From a virus (lineage: Duplodnaviria > Caudoviricetes): a stretch of DNA of 64,000 nt. The DNA lies in the IMG/VR virus record IMGVR_UViG_2974506496_000001, positions 32,001-96,000 of that record. One strand, given 5' to 3'. Positions within the stretch are counted from its first letter, which is position 1; each line of letters starts with the position of its first letter. The position numbers and the translations under genes were made by a program. Below, piece by piece: positions 1-9,736 of the stretch. Under the pieces are notes generated by a model. That model searched no databases, was not told the origin of the DNA, and saw only the letters and a program-made list of their open reading frames with translations.

Positions 1-2
1 CT

Positions 3-722
3 TCCGGTATCGATGCCTTGCGTCACCCCGGGCCGCATAACACCGGCGACACGTACTTGGTTGACAATTTTGCGTATGTCTATAACAAAATTGTCAACCG
101 CTTTGTGGTGTTGCAAGTTGATCCGGGTAACGATAACACACCGTTTGATCTCTATCCTGATGGTGCACTCGAACCCATTCCAATGCAGGGGATCTATCGC
201 CGCAGTACTGACGCCTTGCCTAGTGAACCCAATGGCTGTGGGTATGTCGTGATTGAGCAAGATGGCAGTCATGTCATCTACAATCAGTACGGATTGCGTA
301 TCGACTGCGATGTGGTGGAAACCACCGAGCGCACCGAGTCCCGCACACCGATGGTGGTGATCGGCGATAACGCGTTGCTGAGGCTTTATTACGAAGCCAA
401 CGACATGGACCCTTGTGAAGGGGATGTCTGGGTAAATGATAAACAGCTCATGACCTTCTTTGCTGGCGAATGGACGTTATTGCCCGTGGGTCGCCTCTAC
501 ACGGAACGACACCAGCCGCTGCGTGATAAAGTTCAGGCATTGCGTGAACTGATTGACAGTGGTCGGTTCAAAAGTGTGATCGATAAAGCCCGAGAGCAGG
601 AGTTTGAACGCGAGCTGGCCGAATACGACGCTGTCCTCAAACAACCCCAGCTAGAACAAGAACCCAAAGACACTTCTTTCTTTGCACCGATCAAAGCCTT
701 CTTTAAGCGTTTGATACAGTAA
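3..722 (+). CDS. hypothetical protein, probably 5'-truncated by window edge
   Basis: Frame is open from position 3 to TAA at 722; no motif recognised. Confidence 0.7.
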   Translation, partial: SGIDALRHPGPHNTGDTYLVDNFAYVYNKIVNRFVVLQVDPGNDNTPFDLYPDGALEPIPMQGIYRRSTDALPSEPNGCGYVVIEQDGSHVIYNQYGLRIDCDVVETTERTESRTPMVVIGDNALLRLYYEANDMDPCEGDVWVNDKQLMTFFAGEWTLLPVGRLYTERHQPLRDKVQALRELIDSGRFKSVIDKAREQEFERELAEYDAVLKQPQLEQEPKDTSFFAPIKAFFKRLIQ

Positions 723-742
723 AGATCGTAGATCATTTTATT

Positions 743-752
743 CCTACATTAC
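743..752 (+). promoter_or_regulatory. putative phage early promoter CCTACATTAC
   Basis: Recurs 8 times intergenically; resembles phiKZ early consensus TATATTAC. Confidence 0.65.
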
Positions 753-779
753 CAGATTGGTATAGTCATCGAGGTCATC

Positions 780-1124
780 ATGTTAGTGATACTACCCCTC
801 GGTAATTTGGCCGCACGGATTGATCGTGCGCTCCAGGTTACTGATTACGTGTTCTCTGCTGAAGAGATTGCTGAAGCTGCGGTTCATTACATCAACGGAG
901 ATGTGGACTGTGCGCTGGATCAGCTCTTTCGCAAGATCAACGCTTTAGATGAGACTTTTGTTGACTTGCCGTATAACACCCCTTCTGACCAAGTACTGAA
1001 AAAAGTGATTGGTCAGGTAGGGCGTGAAATCAATACCAATCTATTTAACCTCTATCACGACGTCTGTATCCCGCACTTTGTAAGCGCAGGAGAACATCAA
1101 GTCGTGCTAACTGTCGATATGTAG
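780..1124 (+). CDS. hypothetical protein
   Basis: ORF with GAGG SD downstream of promoter motif. Confidence 0.75.
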   Translation: MLVILPLGNLAARIDRALQVTDYVFSAEEIAEAAVHYINGDVDCALDQLFRKINALDETFVDLPYNTPSDQVLKKVIGQVGREINTNLFNLYHDVCIPHFVSAGEHQVVLTVDM

Positions 1125-1133
1125 GAGTTACCC

Positions 1134-1622
1134 ATGAGCAGTATTCATCGCGTCTTTTCCACGGACTTACAAACTATCAAAGACACTCCCGCACCGGAGC
1201 TCGAAGATAGTGTTACGGTCGCCCGGAGGATTGCCATGCAGCAACAGCATCAAACGAGTTTCCTGATACTTTTCAAAGAGCGTGCACGTCAATGCACCGA
1301 TGGCTTTGATAAGTGGCGGATGGATAAAACCAACAACCCTCTGTTTGAACAGACGGCACGCCAGCGCTTAGCGGGCATCGCCATCAACATCTACCAGGAA
1401 GTCACCGGTGAAGTGGTCAGCAGCGACACCAGGCACCAGTTGATTAAATGGGCCGAAGACAACAAAGTGATCATCATCAACCATGTGGTCGGCATGCAGC
1501 TGTGGCACCGCATGGTAAACAACACCCCGGCTGAAACCCAGCTGCAGGTGTTCAGTGGTGGTCGGCAAGCCCTGATGTTCTCTTTCAAAATCCCCGGGGC
1601 GAAGCATCCTTATCTTATATAA
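1134..1622 (+). CDS. hypothetical protein
   Basis: ORF with AGGAG SD. Confidence 0.75.
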   Translation: MSSIHRVFSTDLQTIKDTPAPELEDSVTVARRIAMQQQHQTSFLILFKERARQCTDGFDKWRMDKTNNPLFEQTARQRLAGIAINIYQEVTGEVVSSDTRHQLIKWAEDNKVIIINHVVGMQLWHRMVNNTPAETQLQVFSGGRQALMFSFKIPGAKHPYLI

Positions 1623-1628
1623 GGTGTC

Positions 1629-1961
1629 GTGATGAAGCTGCAATATCATGCTATCATCCCTATCCCCTCTATGCCGGCTATTTGTCAACAGTACGGTATT
1701 TCGCGTGAAGGGCTCGTGCGAATGGTATTGGAATACCTGGAGGGGAATGAGTATCAGATGATGAGACGCATCCAAGAACTGCCTGCTGTGACTGACCCTG
1801 ACATGACTGAAGCGGTCGTAGCCGCCGTTTCACGTGCCATGTTGGAGTTCCTGGATTCGTTACCTGAGGTTAGTACAGGCCAACATATTCGGGATATCTA
1901 TTTGATAGCAGCCCATTCATTAACCGCCCATGTCGGATTCGCTGTGTGCGATGACGAGTAG
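1629..1961 (+). CDS. hypothetical protein
   Basis: ORF in tight gene run, AAGG SD. Confidence 0.7.
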   Translation: MMKLQYHAIIPIPSMPAICQQYGISREGLVRMVLEYLEGNEYQMMRRIQELPAVTDPDMTEAVVAAVSRAMLEFLDSLPEVSTGQHIRDIYLIAAHSLTAHVGFAVCDDE

Positions 1962-1967
1962 ATTCCC

Positions 1968-2378
1968 ATGACCCTTTATAAAGAACATGTGGTGTTGTGT
2001 ATTGTCCAATCTGATGCAGCCACCGAAGCCTGGGCCGAGCTATCGCAGCTAGTTTTCGATAACCCGACTTTGATGTTTGATCAGGAAGACTTTACCCGCC
2101 TCCTTAATTTAGCGTTGGCCGATGACCGGGATGAGATGATCAAATACATCCGCACCGCCCTCACGGTCGACCTAAATATTGAGCTCATTAATTGGCTCAC
2201 AGACAGCATGCTTGACATCGCCTATGCTCTTCGCAAATCGTTACCGGTGTTAACACCCACACAACCCGGAGTTGTGGCCAAGTGTGAGTACCTGTCCCAT
2301 TGCAGGCGCAACGTCGTACTAAAAGCTACCATCCTCGAACCTTTACCTAAGGAGCATTTGACAGTTATTCACTTCTGA
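1968..2378 (+). CDS. hypothetical protein
   Basis: ORF in tight gene run. Confidence 0.7.
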   Translation: MTLYKEHVVLCIVQSDAATEAWAELSQLVFDNPTLMFDQEDFTRLLNLALADDRDEMIKYIRTALTVDLNIELINWLTDSMLDIAYALRKSLPVLTPTQPGVVAKCEYLSHCRRNVVLKATILEPLPKEHLTVIHF

Positions 2379-2452
2379 CTTTGGGAGAAGTGACCAAGGC
2401 CGTGGGGGTATAAGCCTCCACTTAAAGAACCACGACTTCGGTAAAAACCAAA

Positions 2453-3220
2453 ATGAAAACGATCAACGCGATCCTTCACACCCTCGTGCTGTTTGCACTT
2501 GTCTTCGTTGCACAATCCTCACTGGTCCACGCCTCGACATCAACTGGAAAAGCTGCCGTCCAGTTTAATCAAGCAGGGTGGGATAAATACAAATCCACAT
2601 TAACCCGAGCCTCGTTAGCATCCGGTGTACCGGTCACTGAGCTCGTGATCTTTACCTCTATTGAGTCTGACTTCGAAGCCAAGGCCCGCAACACAGCCGG
2701 GAGCAATGCAGGCGGACTGACCCAATTCATTCCAAGTACTTGGCGATCGATGGTGCGAACCCACCACAAAAAGTACGGGTTAAGTAAAAACGTGTCTCGT
2801 TTTAATGCCTATGCCAACGCGGCTATGACCGCAGAGTATATTAAGCAGAACAGGAGCCTTCTACAACAGGCACTAAAACGGGAGATCACCACTACCGATG
2901 TCTATATGGCTCACTTCCTTGGTCCGGGTACTGCAATTCAAGTCCTGAAGGCCAAAGGTAACCGCTCGATCACATCTGTTGTAAAGGCGACAAAAGGAAA
3001 TGCCCGCTTGTTTTACAACAAAGGTCGACCATTAACGGTTGCTCAGTTTAAAGCCAATATGGCCCGCAAAGTGGCTAACCACCGCCAGGTCTATAAACCC
3101 GTTGCCGTAAAGTACGCTGTACGCTACGAGGAAAACCAACGTCTCGATGCGCTTATCGCCAAAGTCAATGATAAGCCAGTACGCGTCGGGTTTAGCACCG
3201 CATACGTCAGGGAAATGTAA
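2453..3220 (+). CDS. lytic transglycosylase (SLT family) with signal peptide
   Basis: IES catalytic Glu motif, GLTQFIPSTW, YMAHFLGPG; hydrophobic N-terminus ending VHA. Confidence 0.85.
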   Translation: MKTINAILHTLVLFALVFVAQSSLVHASTSTGKAAVQFNQAGWDKYKSTLTRASLASGVPVTELVIFTSIESDFEAKARNTAGSNAGGLTQFIPSTWRSMVRTHHKKYGLSKNVSRFNAYANAAMTAEYIKQNRSLLQQALKREITTTDVYMAHFLGPGTAIQVLKAKGNRSITSVVKATKGNARLFYNKGRPLTVAQFKANMARKVANHRQVYKPVAVKYAVRYEENQRLDALIAKVNDKPVRVGFSTAYVREM

Positions 3221-3251
3221 AAGTTAACATACCTGCACGATAATATACATT

Positions 3252-3283
3252 GGGAGGGGCGCAGGTCTCTCCCTTTTATGCCG
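3252..3283 (+). terminator. hairpin + TTTTATGCCG element
   Basis: GGGAGGGG/TCTCTCCC stem after gene stop. Confidence 0.75.
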
Positions 3284-3315
3284 TTTGAATTTATTAACCC
3301 CCAAGGAGGTTGTGT

Positions 3316-3729
3316 ATGCCTGCATTATTGCGTGCCGCCAATACCAGTTGTAACACCATTGGTCATGAGTATCACTCCCCGTTAAACGAACAGGTCATCA
3401 TGATCAGCGATAACCAAATGAAAATGTTAATAGCCCTGCCTGCGAGCAAACTGAATCTATTAACACGTAATCCGGTCTACGCTGACAATGGCATTGAATC
3501 TGTGTTCGTCCATCCCTTGTTTATTGAGATAGCTGGCCTGATCCAGTTAAGTGCCTATGCCAAAGACCCCGCATGGCAGCAGCATGACCTCAGTAGCATG
3601 ATGGTCTACCTCGGGATGGTCGGGCGTAACAATGTTCGTCTGGTTGAAGTAAATGCCCACCTGGCCAGTTGCGGTATGCTCACGTTGCGCCGTAGTGCCC
3701 TTGAGTTTGCCAAACCCGTTATGTCTTAA
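3316..3729 (+). CDS. hypothetical protein
   Basis: AAGGAGG SD before ATG 3316. Confidence 0.75.
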   Translation: MPALLRAANTSCNTIGHEYHSPLNEQVIMISDNQMKMLIALPASKLNLLTRNPVYADNGIESVFVHPLFIEIAGLIQLSAYAKDPAWQQHDLSSMMVYLGMVGRNNVRLVEVNAHLASCGMLTLRRSALEFAKPVMS

Positions 3730-3774
3730 TGGACAAACACTTACTATTATCTGTTAATTAATCTGGAGTGCCTT

Positions 3775-4221
3775 ATGATTCAACCTATTAACGTTCCCGG
3801 GATGGTGATCAACCCCGAAGTCTCCCGTGAAGTGATCTTAATGACCAGTGAACAGCTGGACCGTTTCTCGATTGCTGCCTTCGACATGCTGGCGTTGGGT
3901 AATACCGTATTCAGTGGTGAGTTCGGCAGTTATGTCACACCATCGCGTGACGAGTTCATGCAGGCTTACCTGCGTCCATTGCAAGCCCCTGACTCGGTAA
4001 GGCGCTACAATGAGATCGATCAAACCCAAGTCGCCTGTCTGGTCGATTCAATTACCCGTAACGAAAAAGGTGATCTGATTGGGCGGGTGATCCCACATGG
4101 TCCGAATGGCCCGAAACTTGAAAAGCTGTTTAAAGAAAAGAAACAGAAGTTCAAAGTCTTTCCACGCCTCAAGTGGGAAAACGGCTGGAAGTTCGTGGCG
4201 TTTGATGTGGGGTATAAGTAA
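3775..4221 (+). CDS. degenerate prohead-protease (T4 gp21/S80-like) homologue
   Basis: GEFG..ID..V..I..GRV.P.GPNG..L..F.R..AFDV pattern; catalytic His/Ser apparently absent. Confidence 0.45.
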   Translation: MIQPINVPGMVINPEVSREVILMTSEQLDRFSIAAFDMLALGNTVFSGEFGSYVTPSRDEFMQAYLRPLQAPDSVRRYNEIDQTQVACLVDSITRNEKGDLIGRVIPHGPNGPKLEKLFKEKKQKFKVFPRLKWENGWKFVAFDVGYK

Positions 4222-4542
4222 ATGGTACGCGCCGATACAACCATCGCAACAAAAGGAAAGGTTGTGCGCTTGAGTGTCACCGGTTACGGGGTGATGAGCA
4301 TGGATGGGGTTATGGTAGATGATCCTAAGCAGCGCGTGAACATGCGCACCGCCCACCCCAGCCAAAGTTGTTACCCACTACCGGGTGAAAAGAAATGGTA
4401 CGAAGTTAAACGGGTAGAGCAGACAGCCAATGGTTGGTGTTATCCGGTGGTCGGGTTATTTAAGTATCCCGGTGATGCCACAAACTTTATTCAATCCCTT
4501 ATTCAGAAATACAAACTCGATCAGGAAAAACCTCATGAGTGA
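4222..4542 (+). CDS. hypothetical protein
   Basis: Abuts upstream stop codon. Confidence 0.7.
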   Translation: MVRADTTIATKGKVVRLSVTGYGVMSMDGVMVDDPKQRVNMRTAHPSQSCYPLPGEKKWYEVKRVEQTANGWCYPVVGLFKYPGDATNFIQSLIQKYKLDQEKPHE

Positions 4543-5014
4543 AATTACCGTAAAAGTTGTTGGTCCAATTCAAGCGGGTAAAACTGCAATCGCCTCTTTA
4601 TTGGACAATGCCCTGCGTGCCAATGGTATCATAGCAAAGATCCAGTCCGACTCAGCGCTGTCCTATCTGCGTGAAGCCAAGAACCACGTCCCAACCAATG
4701 TCAGTGTCACGATCATTGACGGTACCGCTGACGGGGTGCGTGAATTTGGTAACAGCGATGATGTCATTCCAATCCGCGGTCGCATCATGGGTATCGAAGT
4801 CCAACCGGTCAAATACACTCCCGCTGAAGCGACAGTGGTTGCGCTGGCCGATGCTAACGCCTTTGCCGTGTATCGCCGTGAATGGCTGAACAATGCGTCG
4901 CTGGCCGTCTGGGTGGGTGACTTCCACGTTGAGAGCGATGCCATTGACTGCGCCAACACCCTGGCTGAGAAATACGGCACCGCCGCTGACTTCCTTTATA
5001 AGGCAGGTTTGTAA
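4535..5014 (+). CDS. hypothetical protein with N-terminal Walker A-like motif
   Basis: GPIQAGKT after a beta strand; AGGA SD before ATG 4535. Confidence 0.7.
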   Translation: MSEITVKVVGPIQAGKTAIASLLDNALRANGIIAKIQSDSALSYLREAKNHVPTNVSVTIIDGTADGVREFGNSDDVIPIRGRIMGIEVQPVKYTPAEATVVALADANAFAVYRREWLNNASLAVWVGDFHVESDAIDCANTLAEKYGTAADFLYKAGL

Positions 5015-5016
5015 CC

Positions 5017-5286
5017 ATGCATCAGTTTACTCCTGAGATGAAAGAAACGTTAAACGAACTCGAGCGTGAGTTAGCCCACATTCGTTTAACGCAACCGAAC
5101 CGGATTAACACACTGATCAAAACCAAGTGTTTTAGCCTGGCCCGGAAAACAAAGTCACCGCACGTCAAACGGGTTCTGCAGTCAATTACCGCTACCCCGT
5201 TGTCGGTTGTAAAGTTAGAAGAAGTTCTGAAGCTTTACCATGAAGTGGATAGTGGTGAAGTGGAACTCTCTATTCAGCAGGTTTGA
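5017..5286 (+). CDS. hypothetical protein (similar to 63299..63619)
   Basis: C..L.R....P....LQ pattern shared. Confidence 0.65.
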   Translation: MHQFTPEMKETLNELERELAHIRLTQPNRINTLIKTKCFSLARKTKSPHVKRVLQSITATPLSVVKLEEVLKLYHEVDSGEVELSIQQV

Positions 5287-5759
5287 GGGGGGTAGAATGG
5301 CGTTGGCTTTCGATTCTTAACGAGTCGGACTTCAACGCAATGACCTTCCTCGCGGTGAAACAATACCACGCTCAGTCTATCTACTGGAAACGACTGGGTG
5401 TGGATTGGAACACCCCTAAGCCTGAGACTGTCCACAAGTTTATGGCCACCTATGTGAAGAATGCCCCGATCAAACTGATGATCCGTAACGCGGATGCGGT
5501 GATGATTGGGTTTGCACTACTCAGTACCGAACGCACGGATAAAGGACTTGTCTGTCACATCGACGAGGTGTTTATCGACGAACCCTATCGTAATAAGGGC
5601 ATTGGTAAGAAAACGCTTATTAGGATTAAACGGCACGCCGAAAAACAGAAGATCGCTGCATTGACCTTGAACGTCAGTGCTGCCAATCCCGTTCGCGCAC
5701 TTTATGAACGTATGGGGTTTGAACCAGTGCAGGTGAAATACCAGATGCGGCTGGGTTGA
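5283..5759 (+). CDS. GNAT family acetyltransferase
   Basis: IDEVFIDEPYRNKGIGK acetyl-CoA motif and NPVRALYERMGF. Confidence 0.9.
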   Translation: MRGVEWRWLSILNESDFNAMTFLAVKQYHAQSIYWKRLGVDWNTPKPETVHKFMATYVKNAPIKLMIRNADAVMIGFALLSTERTDKGLVCHIDEVFIDEPYRNKGIGKKTLIRIKRHAEKQKIAALTLNVSAANPVRALYERMGFEPVQVKYQMRLG

Positions 5760-5777
5760 CCTAGTGAGGAGTTTGTC

Positions 5778-6332
5778 GTGTCTATCTATCGCATTGAAAT
5801 CCACCCGAACGCCACCAGTGGTCTTACGGTACTTGTCAGCACGGCTGAAGGTATACGGCGGCTGGCATTAGTGGAAGGGTGTTCGGAACAGGGAGCGTTT
5901 GTAGTTATACGGGATAAGGTTATACGGTTCTATCATTGGGATGTACGACGGGAAGAAGACCGGGCGTTGTTCAATGCAGACGGTTTGGCACGGAACACAC
6001 TGGTTGGGATCGAAGCCTTGTTGTGCAAGAACAAAGATTGGGGGTTTGGTGGGACACGCTTCCTGGCGTTTATGACAGGGTGCTTAAAACACCGCTGGAA
6101 CGAGTACAGCAACACGCGGGGGTTTATCCGAGCAGAACATCATCATTTGGTGCACACTCGCGTAGATCGCCGTGAGGAGCGTGTATTCGTGACATTAGGG
6201 GATTGGGCGCAACACGCACCGTGGAACTTACGCCTGGACCGTAAAACCCCCTATTCAACGAAATTCAGAGAGGTGGTTGAACGCCTCGTCCGTCAGGAGT
6301 TCGACTTACCGGCGGTCTTTGACATTAATTAA
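5778..6332 (+). CDS. hypothetical protein
   Basis: GAGGAG SD, GTG start. Confidence 0.75.
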   Translation: MSIYRIEIHPNATSGLTVLVSTAEGIRRLALVEGCSEQGAFVVIRDKVIRFYHWDVRREEDRALFNADGLARNTLVGIEALLCKNKDWGFGGTRFLAFMTGCLKHRWNEYSNTRGFIRAEHHHLVHTRVDRREERVFVTLGDWAQHAPWNLRLDRKTPYSTKFREVVERLVRQEFDLPAVFDIN

Positions 6333-6346
6333 CCTAAGGTGCTTTC

Positions 6347-6844
6347 ATGGACATTCAACAGTACCAACCCTCTGCACAGATCCTGCATCTCGCTAATCTG
6401 TTCTGCGACTACTTCAACCAATCGCCGAATTATTATAACTTGGATTTGGGTAACCGGATCTTTGTCGAGACCAGCATCTATCCCATCACCGGGGTTGTTG
6501 ATATAACACCACAGCGGATCGAACGCCTGCAAGCGTCGCACATGACAGGTCAGCTGGCCGCTGTGGTCGATGAGCTGTTAAAACTATTTCCTAACATGCG
6601 CTATGTATCAGATGAGTGTGATGGGTTGTTGTCTTTACTGTGTAACGGACGGGCAATTGAGATGACAACTGTCAAGGGTCTCTGTCGGGGCATTGTCACC
6701 TTACGGGGTCTGGTCTGGTTAGATCGCTTTGATCACGACTACCTTAATCCTGATGCGGCGCATTATGAAGAGATGGCCAGGTTGATCAATATCCATCTGG
6801 GGATGATTAAATTCCAAGGCACCATCCTAAAAAGATTTCTTTAA
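6347..6844 (+). CDS. hypothetical protein
   Basis: ORF with AAGG SD. Confidence 0.75.
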   Translation: MDIQQYQPSAQILHLANLFCDYFNQSPNYYNLDLGNRIFVETSIYPITGVVDITPQRIERLQASHMTGQLAAVVDELLKLFPNMRYVSDECDGLLSLLCNGRAIEMTTVKGLCRGIVTLRGLVWLDRFDHDYLNPDAAHYEEMARLINIHLGMIKFQGTILKRFL

Positions 6845-6870
6845 CACAAGTATACGTAGCGAGGTCATGA

Positions 6871-7455
6871 ATGAACTACATCTACCGGGCAAACGGCCAT
6901 TTATTTGTGTTGCTCTACCACATTCCAGTTCTTGATGTCGATCCAAATAAAATGACCCATTGGGAACGGGTATTGCATTACCGTCCCTTAACGATTGCCC
7001 TCGGGGCTGAAGAAACAGCGGCGGTCGCATTCATGCCCGTTCATCTCGAACTGAGTGGCTGGTCAATGACAACCGATGAAGGTGAGTTCTACGACGGCAT
7101 CTATGTGATCTGGGAGGGTAAACTCTATCTAACACAGAACGATGAAATGTGTTTGATAGAAGAAATCCCTGCCCTGTTTCACAACCTGATGCCAAGTGCT
7201 TATCATCAGCAAATGGTGCGTTACACTCAACCGTTTGAGTTCATCAACGGGCTCGACCATCGTAAGTTACGCTCGCTAAAAGCGACAGCCGAAACCGCCA
7301 ACAGTTTCCTGCGTATGATGGATCGGTTTGAACAAGCGGTTGAGTGCCATTACATCAATGAACGCACCAACCTCATGGCGTCCACCGAGATGCCCTTGAG
7401 CTTTATTCCGCGCCAACGTGGCGCTGCTATTAACGAACCTATCGTCTTACATTAA
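6871..7455 (+). CDS. hypothetical protein
   Basis: ORF with GAGG SD. Confidence 0.75.
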   Translation: MNYIYRANGHLFVLLYHIPVLDVDPNKMTHWERVLHYRPLTIALGAEETAAVAFMPVHLELSGWSMTTDEGEFYDGIYVIWEGKLYLTQNDEMCLIEEIPALFHNLMPSAYHQQMVRYTQPFEFINGLDHRKLRSLKATAETANSFLRMMDRFEQAVECHYINERTNLMASTEMPLSFIPRQRGAAINEPIVLH

Positions 7456-7466
7456 CGGAGCCAGTC

Positions 7467-7919
7467 ATGTCAGAACAAAAACCCCTTATCCCGTTTCTCC
7501 ACTTCCAGATCGATGCATTCCGTAATTACCTGGTCGCTAATGATCTGACCCCGTACGCCGTCTTTACCTTACCTAAAGGTCTGGACCCGGTACTGGATCG
7601 CTACGCCGATCCTGCCAGTGGTCAGCTGATCCTTAACCTCAGCCCTAACTCCTGTGGTCACTACGAGATCACTGATGATGGTTATATGGTTCTGCATCAG
7701 CGTTTCTCGGGTAAAGCCCACGAAGCGTTCCTGCCGGTCCAACACCTGCTGGCCATGTATGCGCGTGAACGTCAAGACCAGGCCATGGTCTTTGCCGACA
7801 TCGAGCACACCTGCGATGATGATGTGAAATTTGTTGAAGATGAGACTGTACCGGAAGTGGATGACACTAACGTAACAGCCCTGCCCTTCAAGAAACCCAC
7901 ATTAACGGTAGTCAAGTAA
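7467..7919 (+). CDS. sspB: stringent starvation protein B (ClpXP adaptor)
   Basis: NDLTPY, GQLILNLSP, RFSG, LLAMYARE and C-terminal KPTLTVVK resembling the ClpX-binding tail. Confidence 0.88.
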   Translation: MSEQKPLIPFLHFQIDAFRNYLVANDLTPYAVFTLPKGLDPVLDRYADPASGQLILNLSPNSCGHYEITDDGYMVLHQRFSGKAHEAFLPVQHLLAMYARERQDQAMVFADIEHTCDDDVKFVEDETVPEVDDTNVTALPFKKPTLTVVK

Positions 7920-7981
7920 ATTCTATGACTGCGGTTGCGTTCGGTGAGCTTGCCTTTGTACGGTATTGAAGTTCAGCAGTC

Positions 7982-7999
7982 GGGTGGCATTTGCCACCC
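7982..7999 (+). terminator. hairpin GGGTGGCA-TT-TGCCACCC
   Basis: Perfect inverted repeat followed by T-rich sequence. Confidence 0.6.
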
Positions 8000-8042
8000 T
8001 TCTATACACAGCTTCTTTATTTTTTGTCGAAAAATAATCAGA

Positions 8043-8052
8043 CCTACATTAC
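8043..8052 (+). promoter_or_regulatory. putative early promoter CCTACATTAC
   Basis: Recurrent intergenic motif. Confidence 0.65.
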
Positions 8053-8105
8053 GTATAGGCTACAGCTAGTCTGTTGTAATTCGCATCACTAAGGCTAGGT
8101 TTACT

Positions 8106-8402
8106 ATGTCACTCATTTGCGTTGATCATCTTGTGGCGGCTTGCGCTACATTTGTTCTGCTGTTGGTGCTGGAGCGCATCATTCACAGAGACGAACCCGA
8201 CCACACCCTGATTGAACTGCTTCTTACCGCCTTCGGCATTTCAATCAGCATTCCCATCACTGTCGGTATGATTATGCTGACTTACGTGATTCTGTTGATC
8301 CGTAAGCAACCCAACGCCTTAACCAGGGCGAGCTATTTCCCGGTGGAGATCCTGCGTCTTATTACCCGCAATCGCTTCAGGCGAAAACCCTCTATTCTCT
8401 AA
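8106..8402 (+). CDS. small membrane protein
   Basis: Two hydrophobic segments, basic C-terminus. Confidence 0.7.
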   Translation: MSLICVDHLVAACATFVLLLVLERIIHRDEPDHTLIELLLTAFGISISIPITVGMIMLTYVILLIRKQPNALTRASYFPVEILRLITRNRFRRKPSIL

Positions 8403-8411
8403 CTTACTTCT

Positions 8412-8442
8412 GGGGTGAGTGAAAACTCACCCTTTATGCCGG
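8412..8442 (+). terminator. hairpin + TTTATGCCGG element
   Basis: GGGTGAGT-GAAA-ACTCACCC. Confidence 0.8.
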
Positions 8443-8503
8443 CGTGTTTAAAACAACTAAACTGCGCCATTATTTAGACACCGTTAATTAAAGGAATACT
8501 GTT

Positions 8504-9055
8504 ATGTCTGTTGTCGACAAATTCAAGAACTGGAAAGCGAACAAGCGCATCGCGTTGCTCGAAGAACTGCTGGAGGTTCACTACTCAATCGGCGATGTGG
8601 TGAGTTACCCAGATCCACCGGCGTTCGAAGTCTGCTGGCATGACACACCGGACTCGATTCACCGGGCACGCTGGACAGGTGTGGCTGAAGCCACCGGCAT
8701 GACGTATGACGATTTCTTCAAAGCCACGCGCGTAGGTCAGCTGCACGATACCTCAAACGTTGAAATCACCGGTGAACAAGAAGTCACGGATATGCAAACC
8801 CAGGGTTGCTATGCCTTCTGTAACTGGCTGACGAATGAGATCCACATCTGGCTGGGTGATCTGCCGTATGATGACCCGCGCACGGAAGAGATCCTGCACA
8901 CCATGATCGCCAGTGAGATCGCGCACCTCACCCCCAACCGCCATCGTAATGAACAGCTGGAAATGTACCGGGCGATGCAGTATGCCGTGGTAGCGCGTTC
9001 TGCCAAAGCGGTATTGGTTGATGCACTGGGCCTGCTGAAAGGAAAACAGGTATGA
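8504..9055 (+). CDS. hypothetical protein, zincin-like with altered HExxH (SEIAH)
   Basis: G.YAF....EIHIW...TMIASEIAH. Confidence 0.55.
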   Translation: MSVVDKFKNWKANKRIALLEELLEVHYSIGDVVSYPDPPAFEVCWHDTPDSIHRARWTGVAEATGMTYDDFFKATRVGQLHDTSNVEITGEQEVTDMQTQGCYAFCNWLTNEIHIWLGDLPYDDPRTEEILHTMIASEIAHLTPNRHRNEQLEMYRAMQYAVVARSAKAVLVDALGLLKGKQV

Positions 9056-9369
9056 AGAAGGAGCTCTTCACGGTTGTTACCATTGCAGGCGAAGTTAAAA
9101 CCCCGATCACGGTGTTTGTTCCGGAGCACGACTACGACATCAATCAACGGGTAGATCTGGTGGCTGCGTGTTATGACCGTCGCCACAAACAAACACCCAT
9201 CAGCAAAGAACACAAAGCATTGGTTACTGACTTACTGGCGCAGATGCGCGAGAAGCTTAACACCGCGATTACACTCGGGGAAGATGTTGTGCTGGTCTCA
9301 GGCGATGTCTCATTGAAGTACCGGGTTTACCTCAGTACTTTTAAAGGGACGACCTATGTTGAGACATGA
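9052..9369 (+). CDS. hypothetical protein (tandem paralog A)
   Basis: Similar along its length to 9356..9670. Confidence 0.75.
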   Translation: MKKELFTVVTIAGEVKTPITVFVPEHDYDINQRVDLVAACYDRRHKQTPISKEHKALVTDLLAQMREKLNTAITLGEDVVLVSGDVSLKYRVYLSTFKGTTYVET

Positions 9370-9670
9370 GTTGATTACTTCAGTAGCAGTCAACGGCAAG
9401 GAGTATTCGCCGATTGTCTGCCCACTGGCTAAAGGACCGGATTACAGCCGGGCGTTTGGTGCGTTGCATAAAGCGTATCGGGATGCTGCGACTTACGGCA
9501 GTCAGATCATCACGGAGCCGTATGTCAAAACCATTTGCGGGTTGATCGATCAAATCCAAACTGATCTGGCTGCAGGTGTCGATTTCACCGAGACCCGTAA
9601 AGTCAGTGACGGTGAAGTGGCAATCAGTTATCACATCACTGTTCGTACGCTCCCGCGCCACGGCAGTTAA
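9356..9670 (+). CDS. hypothetical protein (tandem paralog B)
   Basis: Similar to 9052..9369 (EL.T.V...G...PI). Confidence 0.75.
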   Translation: MLRHELITSVAVNGKEYSPIVCPLAKGPDYSRAFGALHKAYRDAATYGSQIITEPYVKTICGLIDQIQTDLAAGVDFTETRKVSDGEVAISYHITVRTLPRHGS

Positions 9671-9736
9671 TGACCTCACCCAATCAGTGCAGCCGCTGGT
9701 TGGGTTTTCTTACGCTTCATTATAAAGGAAGACATC

